DNA of 64,000 bases from Candidatus Berkelbacteria bacterium (GTDB lineage Bacteria; Patescibacteriota; UBA1384; JACPKC01), in assembly GCA_016187225.1 (NCBI GenBank), contig JACPKC010000006.1, positions 89,051 through 153,050 of the forward strand. The letters run 5' to 3'. Positions 38,026 to 48,482 of the stretch are shown in pieces. Position 1 is the stretch's first letter. Every line of letters begins with the position of its first letter. The translations under genes and the position numbers were made by a program. A model generated the notes under the pieces. The model was not told the origin of the DNA and ran no database searches. It saw only the letters and a program-made list of their open reading frames with translations.

Positions 38026-39457
38026 CACCCACAACCTCCTGGAAATTTAATCTAATTCTAATGACCGACATAATTCCAATCATTCCCAGTAAAATTATGA
38101 GCAAGATCGACTTTGCCGAAGCCGAGATTAAATCAGCGCTCGCCCAAGTTTGCGCGCTGAAAAATGAGACGACTGTGAGAATAACTGTGCTGATGCCATT
38201 AGTTACCCAAGGAATAATTGGCAACCAGCCCAAAATTAGCGCCAGGAAGCCAAGGCCCATAAGCGCCGGCACAAAAGGTAAAACAAGGACATTCGCTAAC
38301 GGCGCGACAATGCTGACTTCATTAAAGTAATAGAGAATAATTGGCAGAGTTGCCAGTTCAGCCGCCAGGGTGGGCGCAAGATACTCCCGACCGGACCAGG
38401 CAGGTAGCCATTTCAAAAAAACTGGCGTGAAGATGAATAGACCCGCAACAGCAGCAAAAGATAACTGGAATGAGATATCAAAGCGCGGCGCCCATGGGTT
38501 AATAAGGGCAAGCAAACCAGCAACACTCAAAAGTGTGGTCGGAAGATGGACTTGACGACCCATCAAGAGCGCAAGAACCGTGAAAGCATAAAAGATACCG
38601 GCACGGACCACTGACGCGTCGAGCCCCGCAAGAATCATGAAGATAACCACTAATGCAAGACTTACATACAAACTCAAGCGGCGGCCGAACGGCAGAAGCA
38701 AAAATTGAACCGCTAGCGCTAGCACTAAAACATTTGAACCGCTCGCAACTAAAATATGGGTTAGTCCGGTGCGCTGAAACGCCTCTTTGAGATTCGCCGC
38801 GAGTTCTGTTCTGGCGCCTAAGAGAATCCCAGCAATGAGCGTATCATTCGGGGGCTCAAGCGTTTGAGAGAGATGCTTTAAGAGCCACGCGCGCAGACGA
38901 AAAATTTTATCAATAATTGGATTACCCAAGTTCTGGCCAGTTTTTTCAATCGTTTCGTTTTCTAAAACACCAACAGCGCCATGCGCTAGGAGAAAACCAC
39001 GTTCGTTAAACTCTCGATTCCATTCGGGTGGGCGCAAGGCGCCGGTAATTAACAGCTCATCTCCATAATGCACTTCTGTCTCCAGTGATGGCGCAAACAC
39101 GAGTCGGACGCGAAGCCCCGAATCTAATTCACCATAAGCGGCGAACTGTCGCCCGGCTGGCCCCGGCTCCGACTGGATAATAATTCGCCCAATATATTCA
39201 GATTCTTCAAGAATGATCGGGAGCGCGGCCTGACGCCAAAGAGTGAAGCCGATTCCAAGTAAAAGAATTAAAATTGCCAACGGTACCTGCACCCAAGAAT
39301 AGGCGTTGTGCAAAGCTAAAGCCGACGCCAAAAGCGCCGCAATCGCACCGAGAACAGCGATCAACGGCAGATGTTTTTGAGCTAAAAATGTGCCCGCGAA
39401 AAGACCCGCGAGTAAACACGCGCTCGTTATGAGTAATGGATAGGATTTAAAATTTAT
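38015..39457 (-). CDS. comEC: ComEC/Rec2 DNA-uptake channel
   Basis: GLTHILVASGSN, SVVRA, SFQLSF; start uncertain (ATA 39457 or TTG 39364). Confidence 0.92.
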   Translation of the reverse strand: MNFKSYPLLITSACLLAGLFAGTFLAQKHLPLIAVLGAIAALLASALALHNAYSWVQVPLAILILLLGIGFTLWRQAALPIILEESEYIGRIIIQSEPGPAGRQFAAYGELDSGLRVRLVFAPSLETEVHYGDELLITGALRPPEWNREFNERGFLLAHGAVGVLENETIEKTGQNLGNPIIDKIFRLRAWLLKHLSQTLEPPNDTLIAGILLGARTELAANLKEAFQRTGLTHILVASGSNVLVLALAVQFLLLPFGRRLSLYVSLALVVIFMILAGLDASVVRAGIFYAFTVLALLMGRQVHLPTTLLSVAGLLALINPWAPRFDISFQLSFAAVAGLFIFTPVFLKWLPAWSGREYLAPTLAAELATLPIILYYFNEVSIVAPLANVLVLPFVPALMGLGFLALILGWLPIIPWVTNGISTVILTVVSFFSAQTWASADLISASAKSILLIILLGMIGIMSVIRIRLNFQEVVGDER

Positions 39458-39554
39458 TTGATTCCTTCATAATTTCAAATTCAGAGTTGAACTTGACCCT
39501 CCGGCTAAAACTAGTGTAACATCGAATGTTTTATAGGCGAGAGGGAGGCTAAGA

Positions 39555-40061
39555 ATGAAAAAAAGTTCGCAAACAGGTAATCGGGAAGAGGTGGAAAAAC
39601 TAAAAGCTGAATGCGCCGAGCTCAAAGCGGGCTGGCAACGCACACAGGCTGATTTTGAAAACTTTCGACGTCGACATGAAGAAGAACGGAAATTCATGCG
39701 TGCATGGGCCGTGCTCGATATTCTCCTCGAACTTGCCCCCATACTCGATAACTTCACACGTGCTTTTGAGCATCTGCCCGCCAAAGAAACGACCTGGGCA
39801 ATCGGTTTTCAACATATCCAAAAACAATTTGAAGAAGTTTTTAAAGCTCACAATCTCAAACGGATCCAAACCCTGGGTGAAACTTTTGACCCAACCAAGC
39901 ACGAAGCTCTTACCGAAGAAGAAACGACTGACTATCCTCCAGGCGCCGTGATCCGTGAGATAGAGGCAGGCTATGAATATAATGGTAAAATAGTGAAACC
40001 AGCGCGCGTGGTAGTCAGCGCCGAGAAGCAAACAGGGGAGAGAGTAGGGAATCATGAGTAA
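39555..40061 (+). CDS. grpE: Nucleotide exchange factor GrpE
   Basis: [24 protein letters not shown]. Confidence 0.96.
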   Translation: MKKSSQTGNREEVEKLKAECAELKAGWQRTQADFENFRRRHEEERKFMRAWAVLDILLELAPILDNFTRAFEHLPAKETTWAIGFQHIQKQFEEVFKAHNLKRIQTLGETFDPTKHEALTEEETTDYPPGAVIREIEAGYEYNGKIVKPARVVVSAEKQTGERVGNHE

Positions 40062-41913
40062 AATTATCGGGATTGATCTTGGTACAACTAATTCAGTTGT
40101 CGCAGTGATGGAGGGTGGCAAGCCGAAAGTTATCCCCTCGGCCGAAGGGAGCAATATCACGCCCTCAATTGTTGCGTTGAGTAAAACCAATGAACGACTC
40201 GTCGGCCAAATCGCCAAGCGTCAAGCGATTACAAACCCTAAAAATACTATCTATTCGGTTAAGCGTTTCATCGGTCGACGCTACGATGAAGCTGAAGTCC
40301 AAAGAACCAAGAGTCTCGTGCCCTACGAACTCAAACAAGGCGCCGACGGCGCAATTCAAGTTAAAATGGGCGATAAAGATTACTCATCGCAAGAAATTTC
40401 AGCTTTTATTTTGCAAAAACTTAAAACCGATGCCGAAGCTTATCTAGGCAACAAGGTAACCGAGGCGGTGATTACGGTGCCAGCTTACTTTAATGACGCA
40501 GAACGCCAGGCGACTAAAGATGCGGGCAAAATTGCCGGCCTGGAAGTGAAACGCATTATCAATGAACCAACGGCTTCCGCCTTGGCTTACGGTCTCGACA
40601 AAAGCAAAGAAGGCAAAATTGCCGTTTACGATCTGGGTGGCGGCACATTCGATGTAACGATCCTCGAGATTGGCGACGGTGTTTTTGAGGTCAAGTCAAC
40701 GGCGGGCGACACTCATCTTGGCGGTGATGATTTCGATCAAAAAGTTATGGAATGGATTATCGACGAATTTAAAAAATCTGAAGGAATTGATCTTGTTAAA
40801 GACACCATGGCGCTCCAACGTATTAAGGAGGCGGCTGAAAAAGCTAAGATCGAACTCTCATCAAACTTGGAAACGGAAATTAATCTGCCTTTTATTACTG
40901 CCGACGCCAGCGGCCCGAAGCATTTAGTGATGCGCTTGACGCGCGCCAAACTTGAGGCGCTGGTTGATGATCTCATTGAGCGCACGCGCCAACCAATCGA
41001 GCAGGCGCTCAAAGACGCCAAGCTTTCAAATAAAGACATTGGGGAGGTAATTCTAGTCGGCGGCCAAACCCGCATGCCAAAGGTTACTCAATTTGTCACT
41101 GAAATGTTTGACAAGGAGCCACATAAAGGCGTTAACCCCGACGAAGTTGTGGCGCTCGGCGCGGCGATTCAAGCTGGAGTATTGGGCGGCGAAGTTAAGG
41201 ATTTGCTTCTTTTAGATGTCACGCCGCTGACACTTGGCTTGGAAACTCTCGGCGGCGTTGCAACGCCTCTCATCGAGCGCAACACCACAATTCCAACGAG
41301 TAAGGAACAAATTTTCTCCACCGCCGCTGATTCACAAACTTCAGTTGAAATTCATGTTCTCCAGGGTGAACGGCAGATGGCGACAGATAATCGCTCGCTT
41401 GGCCGCTTTATTTTGGATGGCATCCCGCCCGCGCGGCGCGGTCTCCCCCAAATCGAGGTTAAATTCGATATCGACGCTAACGGCATTTTAAACGTTTCAG
41501 CCAAAGACAAAGCAACTGGTAAAGAGCAGAAAATCATGATTCAATCTTCCTCCGGACTTTCAGAAACAGAGATTGAACGCATGAAGAAAGATGCCGAGGC
41601 TCATGCAGACGAAGACAAAAAGAAACGGGAACTGATTGAGCTTAAAAATCGCGCCGATACAATGGTGTATACTGCTGAAAAGACCTTAAAAGACGCTGAA
41701 GGCAAGGTCAAGCCCGAGGGGAAACGAGCTGTGGAAGACGCAATTTTGGCGGTGAAAGGTTCGCTTGGAAAAAATGATCCTGAAGAACTGAAAAAGCACG
41801 TCGAAACGCTCGAACAAAAATTAAACGAAGTTGGCGCTGAACTCTACCAACAAACTTCCGAACCAAGTGGAGATGAAAAATCAACTGACCAGAAAACTGA
41901 CGAGAAAAAATAA
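40054..41913 (+). CDS. dnaK: Chaperone DnaK
   Basis: [23 protein letters not shown]. Confidence 0.99.
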   Translation: MSKIIGIDLGTTNSVVAVMEGGKPKVIPSAEGSNITPSIVALSKTNERLVGQIAKRQAITNPKNTIYSVKRFIGRRYDEAEVQRTKSLVPYELKQGADGAIQVKMGDKDYSSQEISAFILQKLKTDAEAYLGNKVTEAVITVPAYFNDAERQATKDAGKIAGLEVKRIINEPTASALAYGLDKSKEGKIAVYDLGGGTFDVTILEIGDGVFEVKSTAGDTHLGGDDFDQKVMEWIIDEFKKSEGIDLVKDTMALQRIKEAAEKAKIELSSNLETEINLPFITADASGPKHLVMRLTRAKLEALVDDLIERTRQPIEQALKDAKLSNKDIGEVILVGGQTRMPKVTQFVTEMFDKEPHKGVNPDEVVALGAAIQAGVLGGEVKDLLLLDVTPLTLGLETLGGVATPLIERNTTIPTSKEQIFSTAADSQTSVEIHVLQGERQMATDNRSLGRFILDGIPPARRGLPQIEVKFDIDANGILNVSAKDKATGKEQKIMIQSSSGLSETEIERMKKDAEAHADEDKKKRELIELKNRADTMVYTAEKTLKDAEGKVKPEGKRAVEDAILAVKGSLGKNDPEELKKHVETLEQKLNEVGAELYQQTSEPSGDEKSTDQKTDEKK

Positions 41914-41949
41914 AGCTTGTCACGTAAAACTTTGAGGAGGGGAATGGGA

Positions 41950-42669
41950 ATGAAGCGGCATTACTTCTGGCTTGTGATTCTTGGACTTGCGGTGACGCTC
42001 ACCGGTTGCAAGAACTCTAAATCGAGTGATGAAACGAGCGAGACCGCGACCGAAACAGCTGATGAGACCGAGACTTCAAGCACAGCCGACGACCTGACAA
42101 CGATTTTACCCTCAAGTGTTGACACCACACTTGAGACTCATCTAAATCTAGCCAGAAATGCGGTCCAGGCCTGGCATCCTGATGCTGCGCTGACCTACGT
42201 TTCAATTGAACTGCCGGCCTCACTGGCGCTTGATTCTGGAAATGAAGTTTATGTGTTCGGATCAGCGCAAGATACTGGTAACTGGTGGACCTACTCGCTT
42301 TCCCAAGAAACAGGTAAATTTGTACGAGCAATTATTCCAAAAGAAGATTTTCTCGGCGCCGAATTAACGCCGGTTAACCTTGAATATTGGAAGATGAATC
42401 ATGTTGAAGCCTTGCAACTGGCTGAAGATAACGGCGGAAACGATTTTCGCCTTGCGAATACGGGCACACGTGTGACGCTCTTTCTCTCTCAACGCGCGCC
42501 CCGCGGCTGGCTCTGGTGGTCAGTCGAATATAAGGCGCCCTCGGGCGAGAGCTTCACGCTCCTTGTCAATCCGAATCGAGGCGAAGTTGTCGATGAAAAC
42601 GGCAATGAGCTTTCACCTTCAACTGAAAGCGCTGAAGATGCTACCGGACCGGCCGAGACTAGCCTCTAA
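41950..42669 (+). CDS. Lipoprotein of unknown function
   Basis: Lipobox LTGC; GAGGAGG SD. Confidence 0.8.
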   Translation: MKRHYFWLVILGLAVTLTGCKNSKSSDETSETATETADETETSSTADDLTTILPSSVDTTLETHLNLARNAVQAWHPDAALTYVSIELPASLALDSGNEVYVFGSAQDTGNWWTYSLSQETGKFVRAIIPKEDFLGAELTPVNLEYWKMNHVEALQLAEDNGGNDFRLANTGTRVTLFLSQRAPRGWLWWSVEYKAPSGESFTLLVNPNRGEVVDENGNELSPSTESAEDATGPAETSL

Positions 42670-42708
42670 TCTTGAAGAACGTTCACGAGACGGGTATAGT
42701 TCAAGATT

Positions 42709-43287
42709 ATGGCTAAAGACTACTACAGCATTCTTGGTGTTTCTCGATCTGCATCCCAAGATGAGATTAAGCGCGCCTATCGCAAACTTGCCCAAGAGCA
42801 TCACCCGGATAAAGGTGGGGATTCCGAGCGATTTAAAGAAATTAACGAGGCCTACCAAGCGCTTTCAGACGTAAACCGGCGCGCCCAGTATGATCAATTT
42901 GGCACGACTGATTTTGGTGGCCGCGGCGGCAATTATCGATCTGAAGACATCTTCGGCGGCGCCGATTTTGGCTTTGGCGGTTTTGGAGATGTTTTCGAAA
43001 GTTTCTTCGGCCGGGCTTTTTCACAAATCCAAGTTGAGGTGCAAATTAAACTTACTCAAGCGTTGCTTGGTGATACCCTCAATCTACAAACTAATCAGGG
43101 TGAACAAATTGAGCTCAAATTGCCGCCTGGCACACAAGATGGCCAAACCTTTCGCTTTGCCAACAAAGGCGCTCCTTACCGAGGCGGAAAGGGTGACTTG
43201 CTAGTAACGGTGCGCATCGCCTATCCCAAACGTCTCTCTAAAAAACAACGGGAACTCGTCGAACAACTTCAACAAGAAGGAATCTAA
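42709..43287 (+). CDS. dnaJ: Short DnaJ-class chaperone (J domain, G/F region, C-terminal domain; no Zn finger)
   Basis: [17 protein letters not shown]. Confidence 0.88.
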   Translation: MAKDYYSILGVSRSASQDEIKRAYRKLAQEHHPDKGGDSERFKEINEAYQALSDVNRRAQYDQFGTTDFGGRGGNYRSEDIFGGADFGFGGFGDVFESFFGRAFSQIQVEVQIKLTQALLGDTLNLQTNQGEQIELKLPPGTQDGQTFRFANKGAPYRGGKGDLLVTVRIAYPKRLSKKQRELVEQLQQEGI

Positions 43288-43383
43288 ATGCAACGTTCTC
43301 ATCTTACCCACAACTCTTCTCTTTTCTGCGCTTACAGTCCGCTGACTTGTGGTATACTGATAAATAATCAGGAGGGATAACCT

Positions 43384-43896
43384 GTGACACCAAGTTGGGA
43401 TTTGTTTCTCACAATTCTCTTCATTGTTGGCATTGCCTATGGCATGATGCTTCAACGCGAGCGCACCGTCGTGACGCTTGTGGCGGTTTATGTTGCTCTC
43501 GTGATAACCCAGGTGCTGACAGCACCTATCTCTCAATTCTTTGCCGGTGAAAAAACCATCAACTCTTTCTTTGTCAGTTCACAAGTTTCGCCATTTACAA
43601 TTCAAGCGTCGCTCTTCATCGGTCTCATGATTCTCGTCATCACTAAAGGCGGCCTCAACGGCGATCGTGGCACAGGCCTACTTTCACCGTTTGAGGTTTT
43701 TGTGTATAGCTTCTTGAATACGGCTCTAATCGTGACGACCCTGCTCTCGTTCTTGCCCGACGAAGCGCGCGCGGCTATGATGACTCAATCAAGTATGGTT
43801 GCTTTTCTAGTAAATCACCATACTTGGTGGCTGGCCCTGCCAATCGCCTCGTTAATATTTTTTGGCTGGAATCGCCATCCCTTTGTAAGTGCATAA
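43384..43896 (+). CDS. Membrane protein
   Basis: 4-5 TM helices; GGAGG SD. Confidence 0.8.
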   Translation: MTPSWDLFLTILFIVGIAYGMMLQRERTVVTLVAVYVALVITQVLTAPISQFFAGEKTINSFFVSSQVSPFTIQASLFIGLMILVITKGGLNGDRGTGLLSPFEVFVYSFLNTALIVTTLLSFLPDEARAAMMTQSSMVAFLVNHHTWWLALPIASLIFFGWNRHPFVSA

Positions 43897-43939
43897 TTAT
43901 TAAGTAGTAGACAATAAATGGCTCAAGAAAGGAGCAAAA

Positions 43940-44089
43940 ATGAAAAAATGGATGTTTTGGATCGGAATCTTGATCGTTGGGGTGACGCATTTGTATATAC
44001 TCTTCGCTGGCTTGCCAACAAGCCAAATGATAACACATGCGATTTTCAATCTCATTGCCACCGCTCTCATAGTTTTCTCACGAGAGTAG
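43940..44089 (+). CDS. 49-aa membrane peptide (not in the ORF track)
   Basis: AAAGGAG SD; MKKWMFWIGILIVGVTHLYILFAGLPTSQMITHAIFNLIATALIVFSRE. Confidence 0.7.
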   Translation: MKKWMFWIGILIVGVTHLYILFAGLPTSQMITHAIFNLIATALIVFSRE

Positions 44090-44150
44090 GTTTCTAGTAC
44101 CTAGCGTTGCTTGTCGAATCGAGAATACTCGAGTACAATTTGCTATTCAC

Positions 44151-44225
44151 GGGCCTGTAGCTCATTGGTAGAGCAGGAGCCTTTTAAGCTTCGTGTAGTG
44201 GGTTCGATTCCCACCAGGCCCTCCA
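44151..44225 (+). tRNA. tRNA-Lys(TTT)
   Basis: GGAGC-CTTTTAA-GCTTC; GGTTCGATTCC T-arm; CCA. Confidence 0.95.
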
Positions 44226-44265
44226 ATTCAGAGCACTGACCCTTGGTCAGTGCTCTGAATTGGAG
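44221..44265. repeat. Perfect 21-bp inverted repeat overlapping the tRNA 3' end
   Basis: CTCCAATTCAGAGCACTGACC-CTT-GGTCAGTGCTCTGAATTGGAG. Confidence 0.9.
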
Positions 44266-44282
44266 CGAAGTAGGATTGAACT

Positions 44283-45179
44283 ATGAAAGAGTTTATGGAG
44301 AAACAGGTTCCAATAAGCAATCAGGCCGAAGGTGGCAGTGGCAGTGAGGCACCAGTAATAACCAATGCGCCGACACCGACCACAGAAAATCCTGTGGCAA
44401 ATTTTGTTGACCTGCAACTGATTGAAGAGCTAACAGAAACTAATGAAGAATTAGTCGAAGAGCAGATTGATGTTGGCGCAGATCAGTTGACGAAAGAGCA
44501 GTCGGTCAGCGAACAAAGGATTAAAGATACCTCTCATCAGCTGACAACTGTCCGCGAACACATCAGCGAAATTGCAGTCATTCTCCCAATTTGTAGAGCA
44601 AAAGCTGGGGAGTGGGATAATTCAAAGTTAGAAGGAAATGCAATTAAATTGGAGCTTCAGCCAAATGCATGGGTGGAAAACATCTGCGCAGTTGACTTTG
44701 AGCGATTAGCCGAAATGGGACGCAGACACGTCCTATTAGACGTTGACAACACACTATGCCTGCGCAACGACACTGCTGTGGCGGCAAGCGCGGTAGATTA
44801 TCTGAAGGCAATGCGTGAACAAGGAGCGATTGAACAACTTACTCTCATTTCAAACATTGGTGTCTGGACACGAGGCGGTGTGGCGCGTATCCGGCAGATT
44901 GCAGAAATGCTTGATACGCCACATTATGTGTGTGCCTGCTGGCCCAACATTAAACCCAAGCCCAAGCCGTTTCAGCAAGCGATGTCGCTGATCGGCGGAA
45001 CGCCGGAGAGTACCGTCATCGTCGGTGACCAAATCTTCTCGGACATCCGAGGAGGCAATCGTCTGGGTTTGTACACAATTTTGGTCGATCCGCTCGGTCC
45101 TGACCACCCGATCACTTTCTGGAAGCGACGCCGTCAAGAAAGGATACTCAAGCACCTCGAGCGACGCGGGGTAACGTGA
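44283..45179 (+). CDS. YqeG-family HAD-IIIA phosphatase with acidic N-terminal extension
   Basis: LDVDNTL, ISN, KP, VGDQIFSDIRGGNRLG. Confidence 0.88.
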   Translation: MKEFMEKQVPISNQAEGGSGSEAPVITNAPTPTTENPVANFVDLQLIEELTETNEELVEEQIDVGADQLTKEQSVSEQRIKDTSHQLTTVREHISEIAVILPICRAKAGEWDNSKLEGNAIKLELQPNAWVENICAVDFERLAEMGRRHVLLDVDNTLCLRNDTAVAASAVDYLKAMREQGAIEQLTLISNIGVWTRGGVARIRQIAEMLDTPHYVCACWPNIKPKPKPFQQAMSLIGGTPESTVIVGDQIFSDIRGGNRLGLYTILVDPLGPDHPITFWKRRRQERILKHLERRGVT

Positions 45180-45188
45180 TGCAGAGAT

Positions 45189-45832
45189 CTACGCCAGCTT
45201 AAAAATATTGATTCGCCGCTCTGCTCGCAAAATAAAGTTGGATGATTCTAGAAACGTTTTAATCTTGTTTGTATTTTTTTTGGATCCATCGAGTTAATAA
45301 AATCATCAACTGAATCGAACTCGAAAACAGTTTCATCATCAAGTTCGGTGAGTTGGCGCAAGCCATGATGGTTACTAATAGCACTATAAGCAGCCTGTTT
45401 TTCTGGTCGCTCATCACCGTCGCAAGCATCGAATTTCAGTTCGGCTTCAAAGAATGAACCATCTTCAGTTGGTCCGAGAAACGCGATGTAGCCGTTGGGT
45501 CGGACGACGCGGATTGCCTCATTGATGGCAGTAGTCATCTGGGGAATCGGTACGTGGTGAAGGGAAAGAGTAAAGATGACTGCATCAAATGATCGGTTCT
45601 TAAATTTGAGATCCTCGGTTTTTCCAGCTTCAAAAACAGTGTTAGGAATTTGGTCTAGCTTAGACTCGCGAATTTTGTCGATCTCGGGATCGATCGCGGT
45701 CAGTCGCTCGCAGCGGCGCGCAAGATTTAGCGACCGAGAACCATCACCGCAGCCAACTTCCAGTACCGACATCTTCTTGAGTTTGAACACGCGTTCAAGC
45801 TGGTTGAGAAACTCTTCTTTGATTCACCGCAT
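45189..45832 (-). pseudogene. Class I SAM methyltransferase, probably disrupted
   Basis: LEVGCGDG, SLHH; TGA at codon 3 after ATG 45832; frameshift in an A8 run at 45274-45281. Confidence 0.65.
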
Positions 45833-45916
45833 ACGCAAAACAATAACAGAAAATCTCAATTGATTAAAACTTTTGCATCAACCCTGTCCAAACTTTAAAC
45901 ATGCTAAGATAACCTT

Positions 45917-46264
45917 ATGGCTAAGAAAAAGAAGGATGATCGCAACGGCAACCATTATTATTTTGGTGAGTTAGGGGAAAATCCTCATGGAATTTCCTAT
46001 GTGCGAGCCACAACCGATCAAAAACTTGACGTCGAACCGCGCCACTACAGTAAAACCGGCTACAAATACTTTTTAGTTTTAGAAGGCGCGCTGGAGATCG
46101 AAGTAGGTGGTCAATCAATCAGTGTTGATTCAAGTCGGGTGTTGATGGTTGAGCCAGGTGAGGTTCATCGGGTGACAAGGATGGTTGAGTCGCCATGCAC
46201 TTTTATTGTTTGCGGCACGATCAAGGATTCGACCGGCGCTGACAAAGTTATCTTGCATTCATAA
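45917..46264 (+). CDS. Cupin-domain protein
   Basis: HYS...YFLVLEG...VEPGEVH. Confidence 0.8.
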   Translation: MAKKKKDDRNGNHYYFGELGENPHGISYVRATTDQKLDVEPRHYSKTGYKYFLVLEGALEIEVGGQSISVDSSRVLMVEPGEVHRVTRMVESPCTFIVCGTIKDSTGADKVILHS

Positions 46265-46285
46265 AATTATTGAGGAACACATCGA

Positions 46286-46726
46286 ATGAATTTTGATTAT
46301 TTTATTTCTGCAAGGTATCGAAATAAAGAATTCGCATCAGAGTTGGTTCGAGCCCTAAGGCAACGTGACTATTCAGTTTATTTCTTTGCCGAATCACGTG
46401 CTTCGTTGGCGTATGTCGGCGCCGCAGACAGTAATGGTGAGATAGTAATGCAAGAGTTTGAAGCCCGTTCACCAACCGATCCAGCCATAAAGGAAATTTT
46501 TCAAATCGATCTAGAGGCGCTCAAACAAGCGCGCAATTTTATCTTGCTGTTACCAGCCGGCCAATCCTGCCACATTGAAGCCGGTATCGCCTACGGCCTT
46601 GGTAAACATTTAGTACTCATTGGCAAACCAGAGAAGACGGAAAGTCTCTATTGTATTTTTGATGAAAAATTCCTAACGACTAGAATGTTTTTAACAGCCT
46701 TAAAGAGAAAATTAAGAACCTCTTGA
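46286..46726 (+). CDS. Nucleoside 2-deoxyribosyltransferase-like protein
   Basis: YFISA...DLEAL...GQSCHIEAGIAYGLGK. Confidence 0.75.
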   Translation: MNFDYFISARYRNKEFASELVRALRQRDYSVYFFAESRASLAYVGAADSNGEIVMQEFEARSPTDPAIKEIFQIDLEALKQARNFILLLPAGQSCHIEAGIAYGLGKHLVLIGKPEKTESLYCIFDEKFLTTRMFLTALKRKLRTS

Positions 46727-46751
46727 CAAATCCCCTATAGGGGGATATGAT
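46723..46751 (+). promoter_or_regulatory. Promoter with CsoR-type operator
   Basis: TTGACA-17 bp-TATGAT; spacer ATCCCC-TATAG-GGGGAT. Confidence 0.85.
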
Positions 46752-46757
46752 TGGAGC

Positions 46758-47027
46758 ATGAAAAAGCCTGCGCGAGAACGCGCTTTGCATCGCATTAAAA
46801 TTATCCAGGGGCATCTTAAGAAGATTGCTGATATGATTGAGAAGGATATCTATTGTATTGAAATTATGACTCAATCTTTAGCTGTTCAGTCGGGCCTAAA
46901 GAGTTTGAATAAATTACTACTTGCCCACCATCTTGAGCACTGCGCGGTCGATCAGGTGCGTACGGGAGAGACGGAAAAAATGGTTCAAGAATTAACCCAA
47001 TTATATGACTTGGAAGCAAGGTCATAA
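46758..47027 (+). CDS. csoR: CsoR/RcnR-family metal-sensing repressor
   Basis: RIKIIQGH, YCIEI, HLEHC. Confidence 0.92.
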   Translation: MKKPARERALHRIKIIQGHLKKIADMIEKDIYCIEIMTQSLAVQSGLKSLNKLLLAHHLEHCAVDQVRTGETEKMVQELTQLYDLEARS

Positions 47028-47040
47028 TTAAGGAGAATTT

Positions 47041-47301
47041 ATGTTAGATACAAATAGAGTGACTAGCGTCACCATCCAATGGACAACGATTACATACCTT
47101 GTTTGTAGTGCGTTTGTAGCGCTTTTCCCCGGTTTCGCTTTATGGGTGAGTCGGATGACCTTTCACTTGGCGCAAGTCGGCGATCTCGACCGAGCACGTT
47201 TGACTTTTCCGGGTTTCTTCGTAGGTCTTATTTTTTGGAATATCGTCGCTTATCTTGGTAGCGCCCTTTTCGCTTGGCTTTGGAATCAAAAAAGTAAATA
47301 G
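47041..47301 (+). CDS. Small membrane protein of the copper operon
   Basis: TM helices; YLVC...FH motif. Confidence 0.75.
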   Translation: MLDTNRVTSVTIQWTTITYLVCSAFVALFPGFALWVSRMTFHLAQVGDLDRARLTFPGFFVGLIFWNIVAYLGSALFAWLWNQKSK

Positions 47302-47310
47302 CGAAAGATT

Positions 47311-47799
47311 ATGGATAAAACCGTTTGGATAATTCTTGGTCTGACCGGTGTTCTGCTCGCCGGTTTGGTATTGATCGCAAGTAAAACTCCCTCGATGAGT
47401 TCTGCTTATTCTGCCGATGATCCAAACCGGCCAATTTTGGTTGCATCTGAAACAAATTTCAACTTTGGCAAGATGCGAACCGACGAAGAGCGAACCGCAA
47501 CGACCACCCTGCGCAACGACGGTAAGGCGCCGCTTGAAATCAAAGAAGTGACAACATCCTGCGACTGCACTTTTGCAAAATTAACTTTAGCCGACGGCAC
47601 TGCTTCGCCAGAATTCAGCATGCACGGCAAAACAACCTGGACGGGCAAAATCGCGCCCGGCGAATCAGCAACGGCCGAACTTATCTACCGACCAAGTGTC
47701 ATGCCAGTCAAAGGTAAAGTTGAGCGCTCGGCGCTTATCCACACCGATGATCCAGTCACGCCAAGCTTACAGTTAGCTTTCAGCGCCGAGGTAGAATGA
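47311..47799 (+). CDS. DUF1573-like Ig-fold protein
   Basis: FNFG, NDGKAPL, TSCDCT, IAPGES. Confidence 0.8.
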   Translation: MDKTVWIILGLTGVLLAGLVLIASKTPSMSSAYSADDPNRPILVASETNFNFGKMRTDEERTATTTLRNDGKAPLEIKEVTTSCDCTFAKLTLADGTASPEFSMHGKTTWTGKIAPGESATAELIYRPSVMPVKGKVERSALIHTDDPVTPSLQLAFSAEVE

Positions 47800-48482
47800 A
47801 TTCACTCACTCTGACTGCTGTTTTGGGCGGCGCTGTCGCTGATTCTTGGAATCCATGTGCAATCGGTGTTCTTCTGCTTCTGATCGCTTTTATTGTCAGC
47901 GCCCGGCATGCTCGACGCTATGTAATTATTTTCGGCTTGGCGTATGTGCTTGGCGTCTATATCACCTATTTTTCAATCGGCTTGGGATTCTTAAAGGCGA
48001 TTCACCTTTTCGGTTTACATAACTTTTTTGGGTGGCTGACCGCCTTCTTATTGATAGTTTTTGGACTTGGCCACCTAAATCCACTTTGGGCGGCAAAAAT
48101 TCCTGGACTTCGCTGGTTGATGACCTGCAAGGTGCCGTCAAACTATCGCGCTCAAGCTGAACGCGGCGCGGTGATCGGCGGTTTAATTCTTGGCGCACTC
48201 GTGGGGATTTGCGAATTTCCTTGTAGCGGCGCAGTGTATTTAGCAATCGTCGGCTTGTTGGCTAAAACTGTTACATTCTGGCAAGGGGTTGGCTATCTAG
48301 CGCTCTATAACTTGATTTTTATTCTTCCGCTTGTAGTTATTCTGGTAGTTGTCGGGCGACCAAAAGTCTTGGAACGAATCGAAAACTGGCAACATCGACA
48401 TGTTTTACAAGCAAGTCGCATCCTTGGTCTCATTATGTTAATTAGCGGCATCGGACTCTTACTATGGCTCATGAATCCATAA
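47796..48482 (+). CDS. CcdA/DsbD-like membrane protein
   Basis: DSWNPCA and EFPCSGAVY Cys pair. Confidence 0.82.
   Translation: MNSLTLTAVLGGAVADSWNPCAIGVLLLLIAFIVSARHARRYVIIFGLAYVLGVYITYFSIGLGFLKAIHLFGLHNFFGWLTAFLLIVFGLGHLNPLWAAKIPGLRWLMTCKVPSNYRAQAERGAVIGGLILGALVGICEFPCSGAVYLAIVGLLAKTVTFWQGVGYLALYNLIFILPLVVILVVVGRPKVLERIENWQHRHVLQASRILGLIMLISGIGLLLWLMNP

Noticed and set aside
39480-39555. CIRCE element before grpE-dnaK
   Set aside because: No TTAGCACTC-N9-GAGTGCTAA is present; only a generic promoter-like sequence.
45824-45826. In-frame TGA as evidence of code 25 recoding
   Set aside because: TGA terminates many intact genes here (hicB, murJ, rpsA, ruvA).
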